Shown: positions 1-14,120, counted from the whole stretch's first letter. The stretch: DNA of 61,080 nt, filler included, from Sluysia triapertura (GCA_046118255.1; 5 parts of 5 records of this genome joined end to end with filler, not necessarily neighbours in it); one strand, 5' to 3'. Notes: a model not told the origin generated them from the letters alone. A program made the numbers and translations.

Positions 1-68
<68 letters not shown>
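1..68. repeat. (ATT)n microsatellite
   Basis: Perfect ATT run at the window start. Similar runs occur near 16122-16171, 16823-16886 (ATT then GTT), 19028-19103, 19637-19696, 20566-20623, 36336-36384, 49133-49192 and 50288-50372. Confidence 0.98.
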
Positions 69-69
<1 letters not shown>

Positions 70-710
70 AAAATCAAAAATTATTGACAATGTCATTCAT
101 TTTATAATTTAAGTAAATTGGAGCTTGCATCACGTTTGATTATCTAAGTTAATTAGTTTTATAATTTTAACAAATAATTAAATTACATTTTTATTTTTAA
201 ATAAATTTCGAAAATTCATAAATATAATAATTTATTTTATGAAAATAAAATTTTATAAACAATTTATATAATGATTCAAAGTGTAGCATTATATCTAATG
301 AAAATATTATGCTTTATGCGTCTTTTTTGAAAGATACCAACAAAATCTGTCATTATTCTTTGTTCTGTACTATCTGTATTAGCTACCCAAGGCACTAAGG
401 AAATAATACAAGTGACATTTTAGAAAATTGTCAAGGACACTTTCCTATCAGAATTCTGACAAACATTCAACATTTCTTGAATTATCTCTTTGCATAAGAA
501 AGTAAATCACAGTAAGAAATATATTCGAATCAAAATTTATCCTAAAAAGAGAAAATCCAAGGCTTTGTTACCTTCTGAGTCAATAAAGACTTTCAATATT
601 GCTTTGTAAAGTGTTTCTTTAAAAAAGTATTAGAAAATTTGTAACTTAATACTTAATGAATTGTGATTTTTATGGAGATTGTTCCATAGAGATGCAAGTG
701 TAATTTAAAC

Positions 711-1406
711 TGTTGTGGTTTTCTTAAATCTAAACCTACCGAAAACATCGTACAACTTATAGTGGAGTTCCTGTAATCTTAAAGTTAATAATCTCACTAC
801 ATTTATTCGACTTCGAAGAGGGTCTTAATTAAAATTAATGGAACATAATAAGCATATTAAAAATATTGATTAAATATTACAAATAAAATTAGTCAAGACT
901 CAAAAACAAAATTTATACTATAATTAAAATTACTCCAAAGACTAAAAAATCGAACGGTTATTTTGATCTACAATCAATTTTACCCTCAGTATATCGGGGT
1001 CCTTACAGTAAAATTTGGATTTTACGTCTATTTTAAAATTCTGATTTAATAAATCAAAATTGCCTTAAAATAAAATAATTTACTATTTCATGTAAAAACT
1101 GGAACGAGAAGAAATCTTTCGTGGTATAACTAAACTGTCGAATTAAAAATTCCAAAAATTGGCTGAATGAAGTATTTGACAAGATGGCTATTCTCATTAA
1201 ACTGATGCTAGTTTATATACTAGTCATCAGCCAATGAGAATCGATGGAATGTTCTAGAACTTTCTAGAAGCTTCTATTCTATTTTTAGAATTTTCTTTTT
1301 TGGAAAATAAAAATTTTTTCCAAACATTTTTAAAGTGTTTTAGAGATTTGTAAATAATTTTAAAGCATTTCTTATGATTTTAGAGGGTCGTGATGACAAC
1401 CTAACA
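711..1406 (-). mobile_element. Solo-LTR-like interspersed repeat, copy 1
   Basis: Shares blocks with 5501-6214 (accctca.tatatcggg; ctgatgctagtttata.actagtcat; aatcgatggaatgttctagaa; gacaacctaaca). On the minus strand it reads TG...CA, with a TATAAA and an AATAAA. Left boundary is approximate and no TSD is seen. Confidence 0.55.
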
Positions 1407-1903
1407 AAATGTGAGTTCATTTCTTATTCCCTTTTACTTACTACACGAAAAAGAAAAAGGCAAGTTTCGCTCAATTACACTTAAACTTTTCATGTACAAG
1501 AAATTCAAATATGAAGAGCCACGCTTAATAGATTAATTGTATTAAAAATATTTTAAAAATTATTTTCATTTTTTACAAATTTTAATTCTAAATTTAAATT
1601 ACTGCAATTATTAAAATTTCATACCAATTTAAATAATTTACAAAATAAATTGTTATAGTTTCTCTGATAAATTTCCACATTCCTGTTAATCAATTATTTT
1701 AATGCGAAAAGCCTCCAATATTCATAAAATTTTTGTTTTATTCGTATGTGTGTGTCTATGTTTTATTTATAAAATACTTTTATTTAATAGTACTTTAAGT
1801 TCACAATAATTTATAGTCAATAATTTTCGTTTTAGTTAATTTCTCTTTAATATATCAAACTGATCACATTCCATAATAATTTAAATGTATTTGATCTTAT
1901 AAA

Positions 1904-2846
1904 ATGGCTGTGCAACCAATATTTTGGTTATATTATCGTTTTGGCGGCTTTCTCTCTGTATCATAATTCTAACTCTGCACATTCTTCATTTAGAAAGTAT
2001 AAAAAAGTTCAAGATGATATGTTAAGCTTTTTAAAAGGTTTCTATTAGTTTTAAGTTTTGTGATGTTCTTCAAAAAATTAACTTATTTATTTTGATTGAT
2101 ATATTTTAACTTTTTTGAGGCACTTCATATATAAATTCAAATAAGACAAATATTTTATTTATAAGTCATTTATGTGCAAGGATAAACTAGAGAAAAAACT
2201 TTAATTATGTTATCAACCCAACAGTTAAAAAGATATGTTCAGTTTATACATAATTAGGATATCTATTTAAAATAATATATAATAATGATAACTTCGATTA
2301 TTTATACATTAGCGGTTGAATTTATAACATTATTTTTAACAACCATAGATTTCGAATATTACATTTTAATACAAAAAAAACAAAAGACTGTTGCAATGTT
2401 TTGAAATATCTCTTTAAATTTTATTTCTGCTTTATTAATCAGAAATGACTTGCAACAAAATCCAATCCATTTTATATTATATCATGATACTAATTTTTTG
2501 CTTCATTAAATGTATCTTTCATTTGCTTGGAATAGCTATTTTTGATTCAGACTAAGTCTTCAGTTACGAAAAATATAAAATTTACCATCACGAAAGATCT
2601 CCAAAATTAAATAAATATTAAAATGGATTGAAATATCAGCGAAAATAATTTCTGATATAAGATAATAAAATATTTTAATGATTTAAAACGTTTAGTAAGA
2701 TTATTTTATTTTTAGATATGTACAAATATATGAAATTGGAGAAAGATGAAAAATCATGGAGGAAATTGCACAATGCAGTAACTACTCTCTTGTCCGCTAT
2801 TTTCTGGAATCCGCCAATTTATTTTTGTAAAAATGAATATAAATAA
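1904..2846 (+). pseudogene. Candidate two-exon small secreted protein with a 1-nt frameshift (exons 1904-2037, 2716-2846)
   Basis: Removing one T from the T4 run at 1922-1925 gives MAVQPIFGYIIVLAAFSLYHNSNSA (signal-peptide-like). Donor AAG|GT at 2038 and a strong acceptor ttattttatttttag at 2715 are phase compatible (G+AT = Asp). Exon 2 is open to TAA at 2844-2846. Confidence 0.35.
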
Positions 2847-3640
2847 GTGGAATTTGGTTTAATATATATTTTTTCTAGAAACCGCCACCTTTTTTCATAG
2901 TCCTGTTTTTGGCGGATAAGTGGGTAGTTACTGTATTTGGATTTATCAATTTTCTTCGTACAAAATAAATTAATTAAAAAAGATAAGACTGTCATTGCGA
3001 AAATCAATCATTTTAATTAAGTAAAATGAAATACTGCTTAAAGAAAGATGATTTTAAGTACAAAAAGTTACATAAAGAACACAAAATGAGGGATTGATTT
3101 GATATTTCGATGAATTTTATAAATTCCCTCTTTACTGATAACGGAAGATTTACTTTAATTGGATTTGGAAAAAATTATTTAATTTATGGTATAAACCTAT
3201 GATAAAAAGTTGTTCTCAAAGAAATCATAGACTACATTGCATTGGTGGAAGCATAATGATGCGAGTTATGATAACATATAGTAGCTTGCTTCCTGTTGAA
3301 ATAATAAAGGAAGATTGAAATCTCTCTTATGACACAATTGCGGAAACCATCTTGTAACACTTTATATATGTATATACTTCGCTAACATGATGTTTATTGG
3401 GAACATCGTTTGTAGAAAGTTTTTCTAGATATCGTGTTATATATAAGAGATACTTGCTTATCATAATTCATATTTGTGTTTGGAATATCTCACTAGATAT
3501 AGTTTAAAGTAACTTGAAAAGAAACGTTTATTTGAAACGATTCTATTTATAAACGTCATGTGATTTCAATTTTTACTAAAAGATTTTGTCCGCTTAGTAT
3601 TTTGCAAATTATAAAAAATCATTTTACAGAAGATAAATAA

Positions 3641-3890
3641 AAATATATTAATTTATATTACGCTAATATATACTACACTCAAAGGCGTTTAAAATAAGTC
3701 ATTCAATATAATATTTCCGGAATAGAAGCAACTTTGCATTTTTCTTAAATATTTTATAATCTTCAGTGATAGAACATTCTCTGGAAGCTGGTTATATTTT
3801 AAACCATAACCACCACCTATTTTATTATCACTGTGGATTCTGTATAGATTGTTATTTCTTAAAGGCATTGATTTTAGTTTCACAATTATT
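3641..3890 (-). mobile_element. Diverged 3' end of L2/CR1-type LINE
   Basis: Shares ttatcactgtggattctgta and the terminal atatattaatttatatt block with the copies near 12570-13005, 33645-33755 and 54918-55215. Confidence 0.7.
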
Positions 3891-4551
3891 TATCATTTCA
3901 AAGATATTCAAGACTTTCATAATGTTATCTTTTATAAATTATTGACATTATTTTGAGTGCTACTTTTGCTTTTAATGGTAGTCAGTGTAATTCTTTAAGA
4001 TAAGATGTTAAATAAAATCTTTTATTTGAAAAATTAATCCTGCTGATTGATTGCAATTTTTACATTTTTCTGTATGGAATTGAATACAATATATACTACT
4101 ATAATTTATATTATTAGTTATCAATAAATGACAATCTTAAAAAATAATTCTATTAAAATTTAATATATAAATTTAACTATTATTAACTTTAAATAATTAG
4201 GAAAGCTAGTAATTATGACTAAATTTAACAAATTATCGAGCCAATACTATGTGTTTTAGAAAACTGATAAAATTTAAGGAATTCTTTTTAAATTTAAAAT
4301 AAATTTGCAATAAATTTAGAGTTCCAATATTTATACTCTTTATAACAATTATGTAATCCAAATTAATTTCATGTTGATATAATTTTCAAATAAAAATATC
4401 TAATTTAGATTATAAACTTAATTTTATTTTTATATCATAATTCTAAATTTAAATTTCATTAGTCCCTAGTTTTGTAGTTTTACTTACAAGCTATTCAACT
4501 ATAAGATTATTTACGTCATCATTTTCATTTTTTCAAGGTCAGTGACCGAAA

Positions 4552-4685
4552 NNNNNNNNNNNNNNNNNNNNNNNNNNNNNNNNNNNNNNNNNNNNNNNNN
4601 NNNNNNNNNNNNNNNNNNNNNNNNNNNNNNNNNNNNNNNNNNNNNNNNNNNNNNNNNNNNNNNNNNNNNNNNNNNNNNNNNNNNN
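4552..4685. other. Assembly gap (N run)
   Basis: 134 consecutive N. Confidence 0.99.
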
Positions 4686-5500
4686 AATTACAGAAACCTA
4701 TTTTTATAGTTTGATTTGTTGGAACCCACCTCGATTATTAGTCAATTTTGAAGGAAGAAAAGGCGAAATCTAAGTTCTAATTTTTTTTAGATTTTCTAAA
4801 ACCTGAAGCTTTCAGAAATCTTTTACATTCAGAATATCATGAATCAAGGTATAAATTGAAATATGTATTAAGCTGTTTTTGAAGCATAGCTATTGCCAAC
4901 TTTAAATCATCTACTGTAGAATATGCCTTCGAAGTATTTGCCACACTATTAATATCCGTCAAAAACACAAAGAATAGCTATGCAATTTGTTAGCCAAAAA
5001 ATCAACATAGACAAATATGTGTTCTAAATAATGCTCGAAATACTTATCGAGACTAAAGAACGGTTATTCTACTATATAACCATTCAAAAATGAACTTTAC
5101 AATCACAAATAACTATCCAAATAATGGAAAGTAATTTTGAATATTTAAACATTCATTAAAGTAACACAGATTCGAAAATTAACGAAATCATCGTTAATGA
5201 AAAACAAATCAAGTAATTTGGTCAAAAGATTTTTATTGAAATTTAATGTCGATGTTCTGATAAGACAGTTCTAAGTATATAAATACTTTAAAGCAGTTGT
5301 ATTCCTCCAACATTTACCGGGAAAATGATGTCTCATACGTTTCCTAGTATGATACAGAGTCTATTATATGTTTCGAATAACGAAAGTATGACAAGTGCTG
5401 TGGTTTGTCTGAACTCTTAAGCTACGGTAAACGTCGTATGTCGTAAAGAGGACGCTTTTGTAACAATATAAGCTAATAATTTATCTAAATTCAAAGGTTA

Positions 5501-6214
5501 TGTGGTTAGGGTTTTACAATCACTCAAAAGTATTACTTTGATAATTTATTAAACAACACAAAAGTATTAATTTTTATTATTAATAAAAAACACAAAAATT
5601 TTTAAACAACTAAACTAACAGAATGAGAAAGCAAAAATAATTAGTTTAGGAGTTAAAGCTCCGTGAGCGCTTAATCTAGTGCTAATATATTTTGAGTGGA
5701 TTTTAACCCTCAATATATCGGGACTTAAAAAACTTTACAATTTAATATAGAATCTACTTATATTTTGTGATTTCAATTTCGCCCTTACAAATATATAAAT
5801 TATCAAAAATGGGATCGATACTGTCCAGTGAATAATCGAGGAATAGGTGGAAATTGTGACGATTACTAAAATTCACAATTGTCTTTAATCTCGCAGTAAA
5901 CCGAAGAGAATTCAATGAAAAGTGTCTTTTTCAAAATGGCGATTTTCATTGTGCTGATGCTAGTTTATACACTAGTCATTATCCAGTGAAAATCGATGGA
6001 ATGTTCTAGAATATTATAGAATATTTTTAGAAGGTAATTTTCTGTTTTGGAAAATAATTGTTTTTTAAGTAATGTTAAAGATTAATAAATGGTTTTAAAG
6101 AGTTTTATATGATTTTAATTAATTTTTTGATAGTTCTAAATAGTTTTAAATAATTTTAAAGTTTTGTTATGACATTTTTAAGTTATTCTGTAGGGTTTTG
6201 AAGACAACCTAACA
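5501..6214 (-). mobile_element. Solo-LTR-like interspersed repeat, copy 2
   Basis: Similar to 711-1406. The minus strand begins TGTTAGG and ends ACCACA. It abuts a Tc1 relic. Confidence 0.55.
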
Positions 6215-6216
6215 CA

Positions 6217-6408
6217 AATAATATTAATCTGCTTAATTGGTCTTGGTGTATCTGTGATGTGACTTCCATAGAAAATATTTGGGTAGATAGAGGGAATATC
6301 TGCATTATTCAGTAATCCTCAGTAAATGAATTTAATTCGGCAATAGAAAAATGTTGGTATGGATTTTCAAATGAAATGTTATCCAAACTTTTCGAAGTTT
6401 ATGTCTAG
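6217..6408 (+). mobile_element. Tc1/mariner transposase C-terminal relic
   Basis: Translates INLLNWSWCICDVTSIENIW...*SSVNEFNSAIEKCWYGFSNEMLSKLFE, matching the Tc1 pattern WPxxSPDLNPIENxW...ELxxAIxxxW. It contains an internal stop. Confidence 0.65.
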
Positions 6409-9400
6409 TAATTTCTTAATTTGTGTAATGTTGACGTTTTCAAAACTTACAGATTGTATGACTTTCGATCATGTGATTCAGGCTTGGATGGGAAAAAAGT
6501 TTGACTGGGTCCATAAAATTATAAAGATCACACGGGGAAAATATCAATTGCAAGTGTTATGTAGAATATTCTAGATGTACTTCAATGAATTGATGTCAAA
6601 GAGCTGATGGAAAATAGATTAATGTAGACAAAAGATTGCAAGCATTGACGTAATCATGCTCAAGATAAGCATATCTTTCGCACATTGACTTCCTAATGCT
6701 TCTTTTATGATTTCTAAACTATCGTATTAAATATGTAATATAAAATTTAACTTTACTTTCGCGTTTCGTTCGATCTTACTATGAATTTGGGAATTAAATT
6801 TTAAATTTAGTCGTAATTTATGCGGATCATAAAATTTATTGAATTAAGATTGAAAACGTTATGAACAGTCTTAAACAATCATAGAAAAACGCATTTAAAT
6901 TTGACATTCAAAACTGAATAGAATGGAAAATGAAGTGTCCTTGGAAAGTAATCGAAACTAAAAATACATAATAAATAGTTAAAATGATTATGGAACTCAA
7001 CTAATCTTATTACTTCATCATCCTTGGCCCTTCACTTAATTTGACTTCCCTTTCAATATTTCCGGTACTTACACCTTTGATTCTCAACGCTTCTCGAGTG
7101 AGTATATTTCAAATAAATTTAATAGATTAGTTCGACTGATTGTTAAGCAATAAAACAATATTAAGATATTTTAAATTTCTATCTGTAATGCTAAATGTAA
7201 TTACTGAAATATCCACATATTAACTTTCACTAATTGATTAATGATGAAATGGTTCCTGTATTTGATTAGTAAAAGTACTAAGTGTGAATCTACCTGCTAT
7301 AGCATCAACTTCTGCCATAGCTCGCTGTGCCGATTCATAATCATAACTATTATAATAATATGGTTTCCATTCGAATTTCGATCATATACGTATTGCATCC
7401 TTTGAAAATTCTTTCTCGAGTAAAAGGCCATTAAACTGTCGCTAAAACATAGACAAACTTCAACTATAAAGTAACAACATATCTTAATTGGAATTGCAAA
7501 ATGATGGTATATTGTGACATGAATCACACTATTAATATATACATAGCTAATGTGCATGCCATTGGCTTAGCAGCCTTATTAATATTAAGTAAAACAAGGC
7601 CTGGAGGCCAAATTGAATTTGCAAGAAAATATTAGGACTATTATTATAATTATAATTCTTAATAATGGTAAAATAATATAATAAAATAAATTTGGACGTT
7701 ACAAATTATATATAAAATTTAACTTCTGAATTATATTGAAAGTTTTTAAAATAAGTTAATTTTTCAAACATTTTAACATCCTTGTTCATATTTGCAAAAT
7801 AAATATTTATTAAAATTTAGTTCAATATTAAACAAAATTTTAATATTTAATATTTACTATTAGTAAAAATTTTAATTAATATTTCATTTAAAAGCAATTA
7901 AACTATTTCAATTAAACCAATGGATTTAATGTATTTATGTATGAGAGTCAATAATTTATTTTACTAATGGAAATTGATTGTTTCTAAATTAGCTAATTGA
8001 ATTTTAAAACAACTAATGGATATTTTACTAATTACCCTAATGGATATAAGTAGAAAAAATTGAGATAAACAACACAATTGGGAGGGTAATTAGGAGAAAT
8101 CCAATTTTTCATCACGATTTATCATTTCCATAGTATTTCTACTTATTCAGCTCGGTGTAAACCATTGCACCTTGGAAGTGTGGAATTCACATTCGTCGAC
8201 ATGTCGATTACGAATTCGGATTATCAACATCTTTCAAACGTTTTTGTTAAATTGGTCTTTCCCCATTTAAGTGAGGTATAATTTTCCAACTTAAAATCAA
8301 CTGTTTTGGTATTGACTTAAGTCATTCATAAAATCTTTGTTAAATTATTAATTCGTTTTCTTTAGAGCTACCTCTAATTAATCGAAAATTGGTTTAAGAA
8401 ATAAAATCTTTAATAACATCAATCTACACCTATAGTTAAGAAAGATTATTAAGATAATATCAATAATATACAACCGTGATAAAAATATTAAATTCAGTTA
8501 ATGATGTATTAGAACAAAAATTTAAGTTAATAAAATTAGTAAAATAAAATTAAAACTTTGTGTATATACATTTCTCCATATAAAACTGTATAACTTTAAA
8601 AATGCACATTTTTCTTAAATAAAAATATGCAGAAGCCAATCTCTATTTAGTAAGCATCACTATTTGGCATTCGTTGTATCATCTCTGAATTTGAATTAAA
8701 TTTAAATTATAAATTTTTGTTAAAATTTATTGACTGCAACTTATTGATTTTATGTACATTAACAACGTATAATTATCGTAATTGATTTAATATTTTGCAG
8801 TTGTTCATATATGTTGCAGTTGCTAATTTAATTTCAAGGTTAACTGCAAGATACACAAATACTAAATAAAGCAATAACTCAAACCAAAAAATTAACACAT
8901 TTTATTATTCAAAATGCTTCTGGAAAAATATGGACCACATTTTTCAATATTTAATGAAAGAGCTTTGACAATGTCAATAGAGATATAATATTTAACGTTT
9001 CAAACCGTTTTTATATCATTTTTTTTACATATTTTACTATGTATCTCTAATATTAACAATATTAACTGCAAAATCCAATATTACTCTGATAAATGTCTTA
9101 CGATTTTCTTCAGGCATCTTTTGTTATCTATGTAAATAGAAAAAAATGGTTATTTATATTAGATACAAGCACTTTCATTTTGGTTGTCTTTAAACTTTAA
9201 TGAAGAATTGTTAAAAATTTTCATTTAAAATATTTTGAGGGGTAATACATTTCATTTGCGAAAAATGTTAGTGGATTTTCGCATGTTTGAAATTTCCTGG
9301 TCTCTATAACATTGCTAATTTCTTATGAAATTTTAATCTACAAACAAAATACTTGACTACAATATATTATACATTATTTATATATTTCAATATCAAATAC

Positions 9401-11232
9401 TTCACATTTGGCTTTGAAACAAAAGCAAAGATATACCAAAGATATAACAAATTTACGTGATCCATAAAAAACTTATAACATTGATAGTGCCATGTATAAC
9501 AATACCATATGTATTAAAGATAATTACATACAAATTGAAAAGTTTTGCATATTGCCTATATTATTAACAATCACTCAATAAATAAATTAATTTTTAATAT
9601 TCACAAAACAAATACAAATTATTAGTATATTATTTAACCACAATATACTCTTAATATTACGCAGAACATATACAAATTCTCAGTTATAAATTAATGTCTT
9701 TGCACAATCAATTTACAAAATACAATACAAAATTTTATGCCCGTATATAGCAAAATAAGTAACAAAAATGTGGGTTAACTAATCACAACGATGATAATAA
9801 AAATATCATTATAGAATTTAACCGATTACTCAAGATCAAGCTTTAAATATGATGTTTACTACAAAAGTTTGAATCAGCTTTCATGCAGGAATCAAAGCTT
9901 TTACTTTACTAGTATGTCTGAGTATTTATCAAAAATGCAATTGCTTATATAGTAGTTAGGTAATCCATGATGTAATAACTTATTCTTTTGAGTCGGTTAT
10001 AAGCCAACCAATTTTAATAATTTAATTTCGACGATAATTTTCAATTTATCATTTCCCAGGAATATCACACAAGGATATTGAGATTTGCGACGAACCTCTT
10101 TATCTTATTAATACATCAAAATCAAAATGTAACATGATTATCATATTAATGTTTATTGTTTAAATAATATATCAACTTAAATTAAAGATAAAATTAATTA
10201 AATAAAAAATTTCTTTTCCACTATAATTATTAATACAATGTATGTTCAATAGTATGTTCAATAGCCTGTCTGATTTAGTATCTTCGTAAAGATTACATTG
10301 ATTTATACTTTTATCATGCTTGAATATTGCAATATATATAAATTTAGCCTCACTATACAGAAAATTAACAATTTCGTAACAATTCAGCATTAGAATAAAT
10401 AACGGCATCATACATTAGATCATGATTTTTCTCATGTACACAAAATTATTAAAAAAACAGTTTTCATAAATTAATTAATGTAAGTTTATACTTTCACTAG
10501 TAAGACCTTATAGAGAGTTCTCCGTGTCTAAAAGAAAGATGGTTTTTTCTTTTTATTATAATTTAAATAGTTTATAAACATTTAATTAATTAAAATTCAT
10601 CATAGTAATTTATTTTATTCTCGTATTCTTGTCATGCAACTGTTGGTATAGAATTTAAAATATATATAAGAAAAGTGATATAAAATATCTGAAAAATAAT
10701 AATATAAGCATAATTAAATGTAGCTAGAGCAAGAATAATGAAAATTAATCATTCTAATCATTCTACAACGAAGAATATTTGGAGTTCCAATGTATTAAGA
10801 CCCTTATGGAGGCTTAAGGAGGGTTGAAAGGATGTTTCGAAGTATGAATAAACATTTGAACTTTTGAATCTTACGATCACTTGAGACCTTGTTGATCTTT
10901 TGGAAACTTTGAAGACTTTTGAGACCTTCGAATAACTTTGTAAAATGTTGGAACTTTTAAAATGTTCAAGAATTTTGACTCTTTTTAGATATTGATATTT
11001 AATCTCTTGTTGTTGTGTCACCTCTAGTTTCTTTGGATAGAATATTGCGTTTCTAATATGTCATAAAGATTATTGCTAGTTTTGAGATCTAGTCATTTTT
11101 ATTTGATTCAGTTTTATCATTATTAAAGAAGAAACTTATAATAACGACTTGTATTTTATTTTGTAATTGTTGAATTAATGAGCCATTGTTACTCATTTTA
11201 AATCGAAGTGTAATATTTCGACTCAATATATA

Positions 11233-11332
11233 NNNNNNNNNNNNNNNNNNNNNNNNNNNNNNNNNNNNNNNNNNNNTTAATTAATTAANNNNNNNNNNNN
11301 NNNNNNNNNNNNNNNNNNNNNNNNNNNNNNNN
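11233..11332. other. Artificial contig-join spacer
   Basis: 100 nt of N around TTAATTAATTAA (stops in all six frames). Identical spacers lie at 22503-22602, 33756-33855 and 50188-50287. Confidence 0.97.
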
Positions 11333-11606
11333 ATGTAAATAAATATTCAAAATAACAAAATTAATATTAAAATCAATAATAGATTTCCATAAACGTTATA
11401 AATATATAATAAAAATACAATTTAAGAAATTTTTATAAGCTTTGTGAAAAAACACTCTTAAACAAATAAATAAAACAGTTGGTAAATGCACACCCACTTC
11501 ATTGGCTTGAAGTGGTTTTACATTAGCAAATAATATATTTCTTAAGTTAAATGTTTTGAATATTTCAATTTCCGTAGATAATAAAAATTAATTAATTTAA
11601 ACAAAC

Positions 11607-12464
11607 TGTTATAGTAATATTCATTGACGAACTGTCATCGTAATCAAAAATCTTGTATGGTCCACACGTTTGACTGATTTTATTCTAAATTTTATAGACT
11701 ATTATTGATAAATTAATTTACTTCTATCATTGAACAATCTGCCATTGTGTCAAATATTGGATAGGCATCTATAATATCAATAATATTTATATAAAGCTTT
11801 TTTGAAGTCGTGACTCCATTTTCAATAATATTTAGATCACCAGTTATCAATGTATTAGAAATGGTCTAAATATATTGAATAAATTTATATTATAAATTTA
11901 TATATTATTTATTACTATTTCTATTCCAAATTAAATGAATCTTTAATATTTACGAACTTTGTTGCATTTTCAACAATATTTTCATCATAATTGATATTTG
12001 TAGGCAGTAACGTTTTTAGAGTAAGAAGTTAAACAAAAATATAGAAAATAGTTGTATTTTATTAAAAACAAATTTATGAATATTTTTCGTAATAAAACAA
12101 AAACTGCTAAATGACTCATTTATTATGGAACATAAGTATTAGTAATGAAAAAGAAATTAGTCTATAAAAATGAACTGGATTAAAAACATTAATAACTAAT
12201 CATTTTTCAACTCTTATTAATTTTCTCATTGGACGTTTTTTCTATTTTATTGAATGACCATTTGGATCACAGATCTATGTCAAATCGATAATATTTTCAA
12301 AATAACTAACGATAATTTTTAAGTATTATCCAAAGAATTAAATATTAATATAAATATTAAATGGCAAACAATTATATATACGTACCAAATGTTTATTGTT
12401 GTTTTTCTATTATTTGTTTTAAGTTTGCAAAGAAAATAAATTTTATACAAAATTTTAATGGCAT
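11607..12464 (-). pseudogene. Decayed cadherin-repeat gene fragment
   Basis: Exon 11865-11722 (TISNTLITGDLNIIENGVTTSKKLYINIIDIIDAYPIFDTMADCSMIE), a 37-nt GT-AG intron, and exon 11684-11607 (NKISQTCGPYKIFDYDDSSSMNITIT) resemble the cadherin DxND..PxF, xEN and DxD motifs. Upstream pieces INYD and *ICDPNG show a stop and non-AG acceptors. Confidence 0.5.
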
Positions 12465-12569
12465 TCTAATATAATTTGATCTTAAATATTGATATAATAA
12501 GACATTATAATATATTATGACCTTAAATTTCGTTGAGATTGATTCATTAACAAATAACAATTAACATAA

Positions 12570-13005
12570 TAATGATAATAATATATTAATTTATATTTCG
12601 CTCACATTTACTGCAAAGTACTCAAAATCGCTTCAGGTAAATCAATCTCCATAATATTTCTAAAACATACATTGTCTGGTAACTGGTTGTATATTTTTGA
12701 GACATAAACAGTATACAACATACACCTAGCTCGTTATCACTGTGGATTCTGTACAGATTATCATGCCTTAATGAAATATTCATCTTAGTTTCCAATTTTC
12801 GTATTATTCAGGACTTCCGTAATGTAAGCATTTGTAAATTATTGTCATGATTTTAAATTCTATTCTTGCTTTTATTGGAAACCAATGCAATTCTTTGAGA
12901 TAGGGTGTTATAAGAGATCTTCTTCCAACTTGGATAATTAGTCTTGCTACTTGATTAATTATTAATTGTAATTTTTTCACTTTTCTATCTGAAATTGAGT
13001 ACAAC
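12570..13005 (-). mobile_element. 5'-truncated L2/CR1-type LINE (ORF2 C-terminus plus 3' tail)
   Basis: KLQLIINQVARLI...ITPYLKELHWFPIKARIEFKIMTIIYKCL matches the LQxxQNxAARL...ITPxLxxLHWLP...RIxFK signature of L2/Crack-clade ORF2. It ends in a short (ATT)-like tail. Confidence 0.88.
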
Positions 13006-13783
13006 AAAACCATTGTTAAAATATAACACATTTTATAACTAAAATTTTCATCAAATATGTCATTATTGTAAATCAATTATTACTTAATTTTTATAGAATA
13101 AGTTATTGAAAATATAAAAAACAAAAAAAGAGACTAAAAGCAAAATAAGAATTACTTAAAAACGAAAAATCAAGACATGATTTTCATGTAATCAAACACC
13201 ATTTAAAAAAGAAAATATTAAGAAACATTATGTTTTTATAAACTAAATATTATAACTAAATGATTTTATTTAATTTTAATGTATTCACAATTAAAAATTA
13301 GAAAAATGAATTTATATAATGAACTTTGAAAAAGTTAAATAAGCTTAAGCTTAAAAACTTAAATAAGCTTCCGCGATTCAATTTGTTAAAAAACCAATGT
13401 CATCTTTAAAATCTTAATGATGTTTATATTAATATATACAACAATATTATGTAATCAGCTAACACCTTAACCTTCTTCATTAATCTCTTTTATAAACCTT
13501 CGTTAATTTATTTAAATCACTAACATAATCGTAATACTCACATAAAAATGCAGAAACCATCTAAAAATCGTAGATTCATCTTTAATTTCATTATAATCAT
13601 TAATTTTATCATCGCAATTAATATCATATTATAAATTTTACTGTTGAGTTTCCAACATTGACATTTATTATTTTGTTTAAGCAATTATTTATTTTAATTA
13701 ATTTTTTTAATTTTATGTAATTATGTATTATTTCTATTAAAAGTATGTTTGGTATGATGATATTTGGAATATCTTTTTAACTA

Positions 13784-14120
13784 CTGTAAAACCCCGAGCA
13801 TAAGCTGCAGCTAATACGTACATAAAGGCAACATTTTTGAATTGCAACTAATATGATGTGCAGCTTGTACAACTAAAAAACAATTCAAATTGAAGATAAG
13901 ATTATTTATTTATTTCAATTTTCAACATCACACTCCTCAAAACCATCACACTTTTCATTGTCAATAAAAGTGAAATTTTCTAGTAATTCTACAAGGTCAT
14001 GAAAAACTGCCGCGTTTGGATCAGACTCGTTCACATTCATTTCATTTTCTTCAATTTCAAGAACATCAACGCAAATGATGCAGCTAATACGCGCTGCAGC
14101 TTATGCTCGGAATTTTAAAG
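13784..14120 (-). mobile_element. Non-autonomous pogo-like DNA transposon (MITE), 337 bp
   Basis: 28-bp TIRs CTGTAAAACCCCGAGCATAAGCTGCAGC / CTTTAAAATTCCGAGCATAAGCTGCAGC (3 mismatches), with TA on the left flank. The internal acidic remnant ending ...NEKCDGFEE resembles a pogo transposase C-terminus. Confidence 0.8.

Noticed and set aside
7010-7445. Protein-like minus-strand frame (…YDYESAQRAMAEVDAIAG…)
   Set aside because: Interrupted by stops and no family recognised.
9401-10411. Possible rhodopsin-type GPCR relic on the minus strand (HGTINVISF / GSRKF and other hydrophobic stretches)
   Set aside because: Needs frameshifts and stops, and hydrophobic translations arise by chance in AT-rich DNA. 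Support is insufficient.
11277-11288. TTAATTAATTAA recurring four times between N runs
   Set aside because: Assembly linker with six-frame stops, not a biological repeat.
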